64,000 bases of DNA from Stegostoma tigrinum (lineage: Eukaryota): NCBI RefSeq assembly GCF_030684315.1, contig NC_081362.1, positions 84,411,012-84,475,011 of the forward strand, read 5' to 3'. Shown in pieces: positions 40,401 through 53,437 of this stretch. Made by a program: the position numbers and the translations under genes. Under the pieces are notes generated by a model. It did no database searches. It worked only from the letters and a program-made list of their open reading frames with translations, and was not told the origin of the DNA. Every line of letters begins with the position of its first letter. The stretch's first letter is position 1.

Positions 40401-42319
40401 ATCTCTAAATGAATTTCTATTCCCTACATTTGAGAATTCATAGTTTTTCAGTATTTATTTTTATTTTGGCTTCTTCATTGCAATGAAGTTTTAAACAGTA
40501 TTCCCAACTTAGCATTTCTCTTCAAGACTTGCCATACTTTACAGCCTGAGCTCTTTCTCCACCATAAGCTGCTCGTATTCCCCTAGCTGACCACCCGGGT
40601 TTCTTCCTTTCAAATTCCAGTACAGGCTTATCTTCCTGCTTTCCATTACTCCCGTTCTTCTGCCCCACATACATAAGATTCTTTTGGTCTCCTCTTTCCT
40701 CACTAATTTATTCCCAAGCCTCGATTTCTTCAATAATTCATACATTCAAAATTCAAACAAGCCACGAAAAGAGAACAACTTCCCTCAATCCTGGCCAAGC
40801 ACGACATAGACTTCCTTAGCTACACAGTTCACAGCCCTACAGACCAAAAACATTCCAAGAAATCATATGCTGTACTGATTTGAAAAGTCACCCAAACGGA
40901 GTGACTTCTACACCCCAGAGATCCCGATTTGAACAATTTTTGTACCAGCCATCCACTATTTGTTTTCTTTCCCTTTATAACCTTCTGATTACCACGCAGT
41001 ATTCCTCCTATACCCAAGCCCAATGTCTTTGATCTTCTTCCTCCATTCCTGACAGCATAAAAGACTGAAGACTGTCCTATCAGCCAGGGTCTCATTAATT
41101 GGCTGAAAAGGCCCAATGAACTGAATGGCCTACTTGTGCTCACTAGTCTTGGAGTCTTAAAAGTACATAAAGCTCTGTAGAATTCAGGCTTTGCAAAAAT
41201 GTTATTCTTTTTCATAATCAAATATTTCAGTTTCTCTTATTTAGCTAATTCATAATTGAGGTATGAACGTTACAGGATTAAGGATGATTAATCACATACT
41301 CAATGCAATGTAGCTAGTGGTTTTGAAAATTTTCTTGTAGTGTTAAGTATCTCGTTTCCAAATTACTATATTTACAACGTTTGCCGTTTTCCAATTTTCT
41401 GTACAAACACAGTTGGATGACAATGGGTTAGTGTATGACTTGGACCTTTTTTTTAAGGCTTGGATTCTAATTTCAGTCCAGTTGGAAATGCTGGTTGAAT
41501 GGATTGGGTAGTAGACCACCTCATTTGCTTATGACCCAATGTTAAATCTCAGCATGTTCACCTAAACCAATAGGGATGTAGATGTAGGCAATAAAAAGCA
41601 AATACACAGTGCAGAAAAAAAAATCTCTTTTCCTGGTTGGAGGTTGGAGATGATACAAATAGGAAGGGTTTAGACATATCTGGAGCCCAATTTATATAGG
41701 ATATCTGGTCAGTATGGACATATTGGACTGAAGGGTCTGCTTCCATGCTGTATGTCTGACTCTGACCTGCGCCACTCAGTATTATCTACCTCTTGCCTAT
41801 ACTTTACACATTCGTCATGTTATTCTTTGGATTTTGTTGTTACTCTAACAGAAGTGTCTAAAATTAACTCAGTTAAATTGTGGTATGTTGAAGCAGAAGT
41901 CGCAAACCATGGGTCATGGGACAAAAGTCTGAAGCTATGATGGTGGCTGTGAGGGGCCTAATAGAACTCATGCAGTGAGCCACCTTGAGTTAACTACATC
42001 TTTGTATGCTTCAAAGAGCTCAGCAATCATGTAATAATTGCATAAACCAGCATGCCTCCCTTATACCACAACAAAAACAAAGCTGCTGGAAAAGCCCAGT
42101 AGGTCTGGCAGCATCTGTGAAGAAAAAAAAGTTAACATTTTGGATCCAGTGACCCTTCCTTAGAACTCCCTTTTACTGTCTCAAGTTTGAAGCAGCAGCA
42201 ATGGGCACAATGAAGGCCTTCAGGAGGGATGTTGAGAGTATGGAGGCAGTGATAGGCTTAATAAAGAAAGAGACTAGGTTTAATAAAGTTTGTTCTGAAA
42301 AGGTTCCCTATGATACTTG

Positions 42320-42483
42320 GAGATAGTAAGAACTGCCGATGCTGGAGTCAGAGATAAGTGTGAAGCTGGAGGAACATAGCAGGCCAGGCAGCCTGACATT
42401 TCAGGTCAGGACCCTGCTTCAGAAATGTCAGCTTTCCTACTCCTCGGAAGCTGCTTGGCCTGCTGTCTTCCTCCAGCTCCACA
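42320..42483. mobile_element. Palindromic pLTR mini-element
   Basis: Tail, then inverted pLTR ends meeting near the hammerhead. Confidence 0.7.
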
Positions 42484-43124
42484 ATTACCATATGAAATTC
42501 AAGCTGCTTTTAGTCAAATATTTCCAGCAACATAAAAACAGTTAAAATTTTAAATGCACGCTTAACATCTACGAAAAAAAGTCTGTAATCAAGAAGCTGA
42601 AATGCCATTGAGTTTATGATTCTCTATTACACCGAAAATGGAGAAAAAAGTTTTTTCACTCAGTTAGAAAACATTTTACGAAACTTTTGTTAAAACTAAT
42701 AAAACAATTCTAATTTATTTTCAGTTTCAACTTTAATAAATCATTGAACCTTAAACATGTCACTCTAAAATTAAATTGGGATTTAAAAAAGTGTTTTCCT
42801 CTCACTAATGAGTGTTTGTTAAAACTGTAACATTGTAATCCATCATCTGATAGAGTGCAGAATTAAACTTTTATGACTTAACTACATAAAAAAAATTAAA
42901 GACAATTACAGAAACAAATATTACTATGCATTGTTTATTTCAATGTTGGTTGCATTTATATAGGGCCAGGGAGGGTAGAATAGTAGAGACATTTGATGAC
43001 AATTGTTTTCCAAAGATATTACTGCCCACCTTTGTCAATACTCTGGATTATGGACTTTGAAGTGCCATTTAAGTAAACATGGCAATTGAATAATGTGCTC
43101 TTATTAAAAGTTAAAATACATTAC

Positions 43125-43160
43125 CTTTTCACCTGCGACCCAGTCTACAATATCAGATTT
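43125..43160 (-). other. Candidate 36-nt exon
   Basis: Acceptor cttttgttctag| and donor AAAG|GTAATG in unique AT-rich sequence. Confidence 0.35.
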
Positions 43161-44239
43161 CTAGAACAAAAGCCTCTTTCCCATTGCTTTTAACATTTCT
43201 ATGGACTTGAGTTTAGCAGTCTTAATCAAATTTGTGGCTGATTCATTCCCATGTCCAAAACACAACTTCCGATAACTTACAACTGATATAATCACTTATT
43301 CACAAGGAATAAAAAAAACAGCCAAGTGGTAACATTCAACATTTGACCAAGGTTATTATTAAAACACTGACGAACAGGCATTTACTGCCCGAGACTTGTA
43401 ATCTTATTGCTTGATGCTGATGAGGTAACAGAAAAAGTATTCCATTTCCCAGCACCAAATTAAAAAAACTAGACTTCTTGACATATATGGAAACACAAAT
43501 TTCTTGTTTTTTTAAAAGTTTGAATTATGTGTTTTAAATAATCTATACTCAAAATACATCATCAGGCACACTAACAGCTTGGCAGAACTCCTTAACCTGA
43601 CAGCACAAAAACCTGCAGTACCACTTATTCAAGAACCCTTCAGTGATCTTCGTCATTATTATGGAGTCTGGATTTCAGCTGCTGCATACAATTGGGCTAA
43701 ATAATTGCAACCTAATTTCCAAACAATTTATTTAACCACCAATTTATAGGACTTTAGAGTTAATCCTGACCCCTTTTAAGAGTTAAGTGAATCATAATAA
43801 ATCATTTTTAAAAAGCTGCATTAGAGTAAGGTGATTAGCAAGATGAATAAAGACCAAGACTGAAGTAACAATATTTGATTATTTGAATGTATCCAAACAC
43901 AAACAAAAATAAATTTTAAATAATAATTCCAACAAAGAACATCACACATTAATTCTCAGGTCTAAATTAACAAGAATCAGATGATTACTTTTCAATGATC
44001 AAAGTGGATCCCTGCATCCAATAACTTTAGAAATATCATTTATGCTGTTAAGTGCAGAAATCACAGGACAATTTCAGTTCCAAAAAGGAGGCAAGGCCAA
44101 GAATAGGTGTTAACAAAACTGGCTTCAGTATATCTGTTCATTTACAGAATCATTTTTTAAAAAGTTGCTTATTTTAAAAATTTATGCCTTAAATGAGGTG
44201 CTTCCTCAAGGTTGAGTATACAGTCTGCAATGCTGTTAA

Positions 44240-46650
44240 GAGGAGGAAGAAACTTCTTTCATCTTCTTTGCCACCCTCCCTGTATGCAACTCCACTTGAG
44301 GAATTTGCATCTGCGCCCATGAGTCTCTGGCAACACTCCCCAGGCCTCTACTATTAACTAGGCAAGTCCTGCCCTGTGTGCCTCATCGAAATGCGACACC
44401 ACACATTTATCCAAATAAACTCCATCTACCATTCCTTTAGTTCATCGGATCAAGGTCCCGTTGCATTCAATCATCTTCACTGTGCATTGCATCATCTATT
44501 TTGGTGTCATCTGCAAGCTTAGTAACAATGCCTCCTATATTCACATCCAAATCATTTACGTAAGTGACAAAAAGCAGATCCAGCACCAACCCTAATGGCA
44601 CACTGCTGGTCATAGGCCTCAAGTCCAAAAGCAACCCTCTACCACCACACCAATTTGTTTTCAATTGACTAGCTCCACCTGCCATCCGACATGATCTAAT
44701 ATTATTAACCAGTCTATCATGTGAAACCTTGTCGACAACATTGCTGAAGTCCATTTAGACAACATCTATCACTCTGCCTTCAATCTTCTTTGTCACTTCC
44801 TCAAAAACAAACTGAAGTTAGTGAGGCATGAGGCAATGTTGACTATCAGCCCTTTCTTTTCCAAACGCATGTAAATCCTGTCCCTCAGAATACCCTCCAA
44901 CAACTTACTCACCACAAGAGTGAGGGTCACTGGTCCACAGTTCCACGTCTTTTTCTTACAGCCTTTCTTAAATAACAACACATTAGCCAACCTTCAGGCT
45001 TCCAGCACCTTACCCATGACTGCTGATGATAAACACTCTATTCTCTAGCTTCCCACAAGTTCCGGAAAAAACTTGATCAGGTCCCAAGGATTTATCTACC
45101 TTGTTTTAAGATATCCAGCACATCTTCTGTAATGAGCTCAGACATCACTATTTATTTACTGTGGAGAAGGACAAGGAAACTAGGGAATTTGGTGAAATAT
45201 TCATTTCATATCTCACCCATCTCCTGTGGCTCCACACAGATGAAATGTTGATCTTCAAAAGGGCCTATTCTCTCCCTAGTTATTCTTTTACCCTTAATAT
45301 ATTGTGGACTCTCTTTGCTTTCCCCTCAGCTTTGGCAAATGAAATTCTCGTGTCACCTATTTTTGGCCTCATACTCCTCTGGGGATTCATTTGATCCCAG
45401 CTGTCTACACCTGATCCATGCCTCCTTTTTCTTGACCAAAGCCTCAATTGCTCTAGTCAGACCAGCTTTGTCCTTGACACTAACCGGAACATAATGTCTC
45501 TGAAGTCGGAGTGTCTCATTTTGAAAGACCTCCCACTTCTCAATCTCATCCCTTTACTTGCGAATAGCCTCGCATTAATCAACTTTTGCAAGTTCTTGCC
45601 TCTTATTGGCACAATTGGCCTTACTCCAATTTAGAACTCTAACATTTTGATCAGTTCTATGCTTTTGCATAATTCTAATAGTTGTAAAATAGTTATGGTC
45701 ATTTGGTCCATAATGCTCCCCCACTGACACCTCAGTCACTTACTCACCTTATGTGCCAACAGAAGGTCAAGTATTGTTCCTTCTTTCGTAGGTGCATCCA
45801 CAAGAAAATTTTTCTTTGTATACTTGACAAATTCCTCCCCATCTAAGCCCTTAACACCATGACAGTCCCAGACTAACATTACAGCCCTATTATTCTTAGA
45901 AATATAGGACATCTCCTTACTTGCATCTGTTTCCTGCTGACATTTTTTCTGGGGTGGTGGGTTGCTATAATGCAATCCCAACGAGGTGATCATCCCTTTC
46001 ACATCTCAGTTCCACCCATTGAACTTCACTGGAAGATGTCCCAGGAATATTCTGTCTAATTACCGCTGTAATGTTCTCCTTAGCTAAAAACTCCATTTCC
46101 CCTCTTGTCTTGCTTCCCTTTCTATCCCTCCTATAGCAGCTATACCCCACAACATTAAGCTGCCAGTCTAGTCCATCCCTCAGCCACATTTCTGTAATAG
46201 CTGATATCCCAGTCCCATGTTGCCAACCATGCCCAAAGTTCATCTGTACTACTTGTCAGGCCTCTTGCATTGAAATGCGATTAAATTGATCAGTCTTAAC
46301 TAATTTTCTGGCAAGCTCTTGTCTGTGTTGACCACTTGACTTGCTCCCTTTATCTGGTGTGCCAGCCTCAGCCTTTTCTAACTAGCACTTTCATTCTCCA
46401 CCCCAGCCTTACTAGTTTAAAGGCTCCTAAGTAACATTGGTAAATCTCACCCCAAGGATGTTCATCCCTCTTACTCGCATCATTTCTACTCCTGAAGAGA
46501 ACCCAGTCCAAAAATGTGAATCCTTGTCCCCCGCACCAGCTCAGCCACATAAACATCTGCTCTATCCTCTTCTTCCTACTCTCATTAGCACATGGCACCA
46601 GCAGTAGTCCAGATATTATTATTCGAGGACCTACTTTCTAAATCTTCTGC
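44240..46650 (-). mobile_element. CR1 LINE (ORF1 end, endonuclease, RT)
   Basis: AITEMWL...GYSCYRRDR; MDFSNVVDKVSH; LADDTKI. Confidence 0.88.
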
Positions 46651-48284
46651 CTTGTTTTGACCTTCAATTTGCACTAATTTGTCATTGTAATTTGTCCAAT
46701 TACTCCAACTAGAACTAGTTATTTAATTTATAATGCCATATTTTCAATTTTTGATCAATTCTGAAGGACCCCAGTTACTTGAAGCTACTCACTTTCTGGT
46801 CTTGACAGTCTTTACGGCTTCAATCAAATTCTCTTCTCTAACGATAGTCAATAGTAGATAACTGGTCTTATGGTGCTTTTGCCAGATACGTAGTCATGTT
46901 CCTATCCTCCCATCACTTAACTCATGTCACAAGAACATACAAGAAAAACAACCGTTCAGCCCCTTGAGCATGCTCCATTCAACAGAGCACAGCTGATCTG
47001 ATTACAACTTCAGATCTACATCCCCACCCTCTTTAATAACCTTTCGTCTTCATCTGCAAACATTATTGACTATGTTACTTCACAACTCATTTGCTTAGTC
47101 AGAACACCCACAACAAATCACAAAAAGTACAAAGCCGAACCAACCAATGATGCAGGCACATGCCTGTTCCAAATTCAGATAATTGAGGATTAGTAACAGG
47201 AAGGAGTCCTGCTATAAAGCCACGCACTGAATCCAAGTGAAGGCTTATCCAAATGATAAGTTTATACAAATGGAAACGGTGGCCATGGCACAGCATTCCC
47301 TGAAACTGGCACACAGAATCCACACCCAAACCCTGTGAGGAGTGGGAAGGGGTTATCATCCAAGGACAGATAAAAGAGGATCAAAGTCATTGGTCATTCT
47401 AAATGTTAATAGCCTAATAGGTGGAGATTGTGAAGTAACTGACCTGATGGTATAAATACGGTTAACCAATTTTTACTGCTATAATAAACCAATTACAATG
47501 TTATGAGATTTTAAAAACTTCATTACCAGAAAAGCAAGAGACTGCCTGTGGATAAAATGTTAACTTCAGTCTATGCTGTCCCTTATCTAAGCCAGGTTGG
47601 CTTCATTAAGTTGGGGAGCCAATGTGGATCAGGTGATCCTAGAGCCAATTTAAAAAATCAAATTTTTGGCCCCTTTTAAGAGTCAATTAAATTCCCAAGT
47701 ATTAAATTGGTCAAATTCAAAAGGCAACAGTCTATGTTCTATATCAGAATGATATATTTTATAAATCTACAAAATTGGTCATACAAAACTGCTGTTGGGC
47801 TACCTCGGGGTTAGACGAGAACATTCAAAAGCAGCAAAAATTGCAGTTTGAGCGAGGCACTAAGCAGCCACAGAATGCTCAAAGTTGAAGATTACAAGGG
47901 AGTAAAACAAGCATCAATAACTAACCAGCACATCAGATGTTAAACCTCAAAGACGTGCAAATGAAGGAGGAATTCAGACTGCAGATGGGAATAACAATTA
48001 AGTGAAATAGAAGTCACAGCATATGCTGTAAAAGACTGAAGAAGCTCTGTGGCAGAGGAGAAACAATGGGAAAGAAAGTTGGAGATGGAATAAAAATCCA
48101 GAAAGTGCAGTTAAAGAAAAGGTACTGTAAAAGTCAAAGCAAATGGTCAAGGCTCAAAGTTAAAGAGCAGTACAAAACAGCAAAAAACAATGCAAAGAAA
48201 GCAACTGCTTAAAAATGATCCCAGGCCATGGAAGCATATGAAATGACAAAATAATATGTCAAAAGGACAAGAAGATAATTTCAG

Positions 48285-49335
48285 ACCAGACAGAAGACAA
48301 AGTAGTAGTGGAGGCTGCTTTTCGGACTGGAGGCCTCTGTCCAGCAGTGTTCCACAGGGATCAGTTCTGGGTCCTCTTTCATCTACCATTTATAGAAATG
48401 ATTTGGACGAGAGTATAGAAGACATTGTTAGAAAGTTTGTTGATGTTGACTTTCGGCACAAATGAACAACGTTTCCCCTGTATGTTGATGGCATAGTAGA
48501 CAGCGAAGAAGTTTTTTTAAGATTCCAAAGAGATTTTAATCAAATAAATGATTAGGTTGAAAAATGGCAGTTGGGTGTTCAATCTGGATGAATGCAAGGT
48601 ATTGCACTTTTGTACAACAAACAAGTGGAAATCACATACAATTAATGTCAGGGCCATGGATCATGTTGCAGAACAGAAGGACCTAGGGGTGCAGGTTCAT
48701 AATTCTTTAGAGTTTGTATCACAAACAGGATGGTTAAAACTTGCTTAGCACACTTGCCTTCACTGCTCAGTTCTTTGAGTGTAGGAGTTGGGAAGTCATG
48801 TTGAGGTTGTACAGAACATGGGTGAGGCCTATTCTGGAATACTGTGACCAGTTATGGTTGCCCAGTCATAGGAAGGGTATTATCAAACTGGAAAGGATTC
48901 AAAGAGATTTATCAGGATGTTGCCCTGTATGAAAAGTTTGAGTTATAAAGAAAGACAGGGACCTTTTTCACAAAAGCGTAGAAAGATGACAGGCAACCTG
49001 TCACAAGTTTATAAAATAAATGAGGGGTACGGATAGAATTAATAATAGCTGTCTTTTCAAGACTATTAGGCACATTTGAGGAGAAATTTAAAAAAGACAC
49101 ACGGCAAGTTTTTTTTTTAAAACAAAAAGGGTGGTTCATATGTCAAATGAACTTCAGAGGAAGCAGTGGATCCGGGTACAACTACAACGTTTAAGAGACA
49201 TTTGGATAGATATATAAATAGCAAAGGTTTGGAAGGATATTGACCAGGAACAGGCAGATGGAAATAATTTAGTTTGGGATTATGTTCAGCATGGACTGGT
49301 TGGACCGAAGGGTCTGTTTCTGAGCTGTATGTCTC
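48285..49335 (+). mobile_element. CR1 LINE RT and 3' end
   Basis: SSVPQGSVLGPL; LYRTWVRPILEYC. Confidence 0.88.
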
Positions 49336-50684
49336 TAAAACAGCTATTAGAGATACATTAGCAGATGTGTAAAAAATGTACATACAATGATGCAAATGGT
49401 TTAACCTTAGCGAGGGAGGATGAAATCATGAGGTGAGCCAAATACTTTAATTGGCTTATGATGAAATTCCAAAAACAGACAGAAGTGTTAGCTGCAAATC
49501 AAGTAATCACATCCAGCATCAGTCTAGAAGAAATCAGAAGATTGCTGAAAGGAAGATAAGACTGATAGTGTTTTCATGAAAAGAAGTCTGTCCTAAATTG
49601 CTGGTATCTAGTGAAAGAATCCAATTATAAATTGACACGAGTAGAATATTAGCCGGAAACGAGACATTTCTGTAAACAGCTTTTATTCTGTATGAATATT
49701 TATTTTGAGGATTCAGACTCCCTTTTGGTGGTGGTAGTGGTGGTGGAGAGGTGTAATTCTTTTTCATCATATACCAAAGTGCCAGTATACCCAACAATAT
49801 TCATTGAGGAGACCATGTAATTGCCATGTTTCTTATTGCATACATGGAATCATAATCTATTGGAAAAAGGACTAAGTTACTGTTGACTTAACAATTAAGA
49901 GAAAGTACCACACCAGCATAAATTTGATTTTATCAGAAAACATCACTGAAGTGCCGTCTTGTTTGTTTGTAATAATTTAATAATTACTAGCTCAGATCTT
50001 TAAGCACTTCACTTTACCTTCAAAAGGCATATAGACAATAGAGACATGAAGTGTTCTGACTGTTTTCCCCCCAATTTAAAGATAAACAGATTAAGTAAGC
50101 CCAAATGCAAAAAAGGAAACTGCTTCTTGCAAACCTGTGTTTCCTCACTTATAGAAAACTTCAAAGAAAGTTTTCCACAAGATTTACTAGAATTAAAATT
50201 TTTTAAAAAGTGTGTGTCTGGTTAGGTATTGAGATGAAACAAAAACTGGAACATCCTCCCTAGACTAGAAATTGTTACGGGGAGACTGAATGAAAATGTT
50301 TCAAATTCAAAAGGTATGGACAGTCAGTAAAACAGAAACTGTTTCTATTGGCTAATGGACCAGACCCACAGGAGAAACGTTGTTCATTTGTGCCGAAAGT
50401 CTTAAAATCTAAATATGCTGCCTGAAAGGAAGACAAATGAAGATTTAGCTGCTCTCAAAGGAAACGAATATATGCTTGAAAAGGGAAAACATAAAGCAGA
50501 GTTATGGAACAAAGTAGAAAAGAGATGAATTTGCTACTTTTTCACTGCACTTGGCATATACACAATGGGCTGAGAGGCCATTTGTCAAAAATTAGTCCAT
50601 TAAATCAGGTGCCAGTGAATGAAATAAAGCTCAACCAAATACCAGTTAAGATTGAGAAACTCCAAATATAACTAACACAAAACA

Positions 50685-51850
50685 AAAAACAAATTGCTGG
50701 AAAGACTCAGCAGGTGCGGCAGCATCTATAAAGAGAAGTTAAAGTAATGTTTCAGGTTCGGTGACTGTTCCATGGAATGGAGAGCAGCTAGCAAAAAGCT
50801 GTTTTTTATCCAGAAGATAGGGTGGTGGTGGTGGTTGTGGTTGGGGGGGGGGGGGGGGGGGGGGGGGTCAAAGAGGCAGGAATAAGGAGTAAACAATACA
50901 GACCAAAGCCAGAACAATTAGACAGCTAAAGGAAAAAAATATAAAAGTGATCAGCGTGGGAGAATGATTAGCAATTAGTGGCCAACGATGGGTGGTGTGT
51001 CATAGCAGACCATGTGATAAGGCCTGGTGTGTGGGGTTTGGGATAAGGGCATGGGAGAAGATTTCAAGTCCTAAAACTGCTAAATTCTACATTGAGTCCA
51101 GAAGGCAAGACATGTCCCAAACAGAAAACAAGATGTTGTTCTTCAAGCTTGCGCTGAAGCTCTGCAGCAAGCCAGAGACACAGATGGTAGTCAGAAAACA
51201 TGGTGGTGTGTTGATGTGGCAGGCAACTGGAAGTTTAGGATCTTTTTTGCAGAGAGAATGTAGGTGTTCTGCGAAGCCATCACCCAGTCTTGGTTGTGCC
51301 AACATAGTGGGGACCACATCATGAACAGTGAATGCAGTAGACCAGAATGAGGGCAGTGCGGGTAAAGTGCTGCTTCTCTTGTAAGGTACATTTGGGCCCT
51401 TGGATACCGGGGGGGAACAGGAAGTGGACAGGCAGGTGTTACACGTTCTGTAGTTGTAGGAAAAGGTGCCATGAGGCTGTGGGAGGGGGGTGTTGGGTGT
51501 GCAAGAGAAGACCAGTGTATTCCTGGGGGAACGGGCCTTGCAGAAGGCTGACAGGGAAGGGGAGGGGAATGTTTGCCTGGTGGCAGCAGAAATAGCTGCT
51601 AATGATTCTCTGGATGCGAATGCTGGTGGGATGGTAGGTGAGGACAAGGGGGATCCTAACACTGTTGCAAGAGGGGAGAGATGGAGGGGAGGGCTGAATT
51701 GCAGGAGATAGGTCAGACTGTGCTGGCAAAACCTCAGATGAGAAATGAAGTGGACATTTCAGGGGCCCCCTTGTTGAAATTGGCATCATCAAAAGAGATA
51801 CAGAGACAGGAATGGGAGAATGGAATAGTGTCTACAAGAAGCTGGGTGTA
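50685..51850 (-). mobile_element. Older diverged PLE (thumb, GIY-YIG, pLTR)
   Basis: Degenerate RIPLVLTYHPTSIRIQRII, RLGDGFAEHLHSLCKKDPKLPVACH. Confidence 0.8.
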
Positions 51851-51934
51851 ATACTTAAGTGTACAGACAACTAAATTGAAGACTAAACTAAAAAGCAACT
51901 GTAATATCTCAGTAATGTTCACAAGTATGATCAA

Positions 51935-53160
51935 AGTGACGGAAGGGATTGTCGACAGTGTTATCTAGCAGAACATGCATAAGAACGAACTGCTACTGAC
52001 AAAGTTTCGGTTCCAACAAGGCTACTCAGATCCTGACCCCTTTATAGCCTTGATCCAAAAAAAATGGACAAGATATATGAACTCCAGAGGTGAGTCGAGA
52101 GCAGCTGCCCTTAACATCAAGGCAGCATGTGTCCAGGTATGGTACCAAAGACCCCGAGCAAAACTGAAGTCAATGGAAGGAAAGCTGTCTGTTAGGAGTT
52201 TTAACCAAAAAGGGTGGTGGTTGCAGTTGTCAGCAGTCAATCATCTCAAACCAAAGACAGTACCACAGGAGTTCCTTAGGCCAATGCCTTAGGCCCAACT
52301 AACTTCAGTACTTCAATAACTTTCCCTTGATTGCAAGTCCCACAACAATGCTCAGCACCATTTATGACTAAGATACTGAAGCAAAAGGTGTCCATCAATA
52401 GTCAGTTCTGGACAGGCTTGTCACACTAGTCTGGATCAAGTAATAATAATTCGAATCACATTAAATGCTGGTAACTGATCATCTCCAACAAGACAGAATT
52501 TAACATTGCCCCTTGACATTCAATGGCATTATAATCACGTAATCCCCTATCAACATTCGGGGGCTTAACAACTGGCCAGAAACTGAACTAGCCAGTTAAA
52601 TACTGTGGCTACTGGTTTAGATCAGTGGGTAGGAATTCTACAGTAAGGAACTTTTATTTTCCCAGTGCCTGTCTGCCATTTACAATGCCCAAGTCACGAG
52701 TGTTTTGGAATTCTGTGCAGCTCCACTCAAAACACTTGACACTATCCAAAACAAAGCATTCTACTTGATTGGCATCTAACACCACAAACATTCATTCCTT
52801 TCACAACTGACACAGTGGCAGTAATATATACCATTCACAAGACACACTACAGTAACTCAGCAAGCATCCCTCAGAGCCTCCTTCCAAACCTACAGCCTCT
52901 ACTACCTCAAAGTAGAAGGGCAGCTGATGCATGGGAACATTACTTGCTGCTAATTCTCCTACAAACCACATCATCCTGAACAGGAACAATGCTGCTGTTC
53001 ATTCAATGTTGCTAAGTTAAAGTCTCAAAACTCCTTTCCAAACACCAATGTAGATGACCCCACAACAAAAGGTTGCAATGGTTCAAAACGGCAGGTCACC
53101 ATCGCTCTCCCAGGCATTTAGGAATGAGAGCCAGCAGTGCCCACGTCACTGAATGAATAG
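51935..53160 (+). mobile_element. Decayed non-LTR LINE of a second clade (clade not assigned)
   Basis: FRFQQGYS, AAALNIKAACVQVWYQ, IYNAQVTSVLE. Confidence 0.7.
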
Positions 53161-53309
53161 AAGAAATGGTGGCAAGTAAATCCACCTTCCAAAACCACAA
53201 AAAAAAGCTGTGATAAAACAATGACAAGGACATTAAATGAGAGAAATCTTGCCGCGCACTCAACATTGATGGAATCTGAAAGGAACTACTCCTCAACACA
53301 TATTATCTC

Positions 53310-53437
53310 TGATACAAGGAACTGCAGACGCTGGAGAATCCAAGATAACAAGGTGTAGAGCTCGATGAACACAAGCAGGCAGCTCCAATGATGCTGCTTG
53401 GCCTGCCGTGTTCATCTAGCTCTACACCTTGTTATCT
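53310..53437. mobile_element. Palindromic pLTR mini-element
   Basis: Tail plus agataacaaggtgtagagct...agctctacaccttgttatct arms. Confidence 0.75.
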
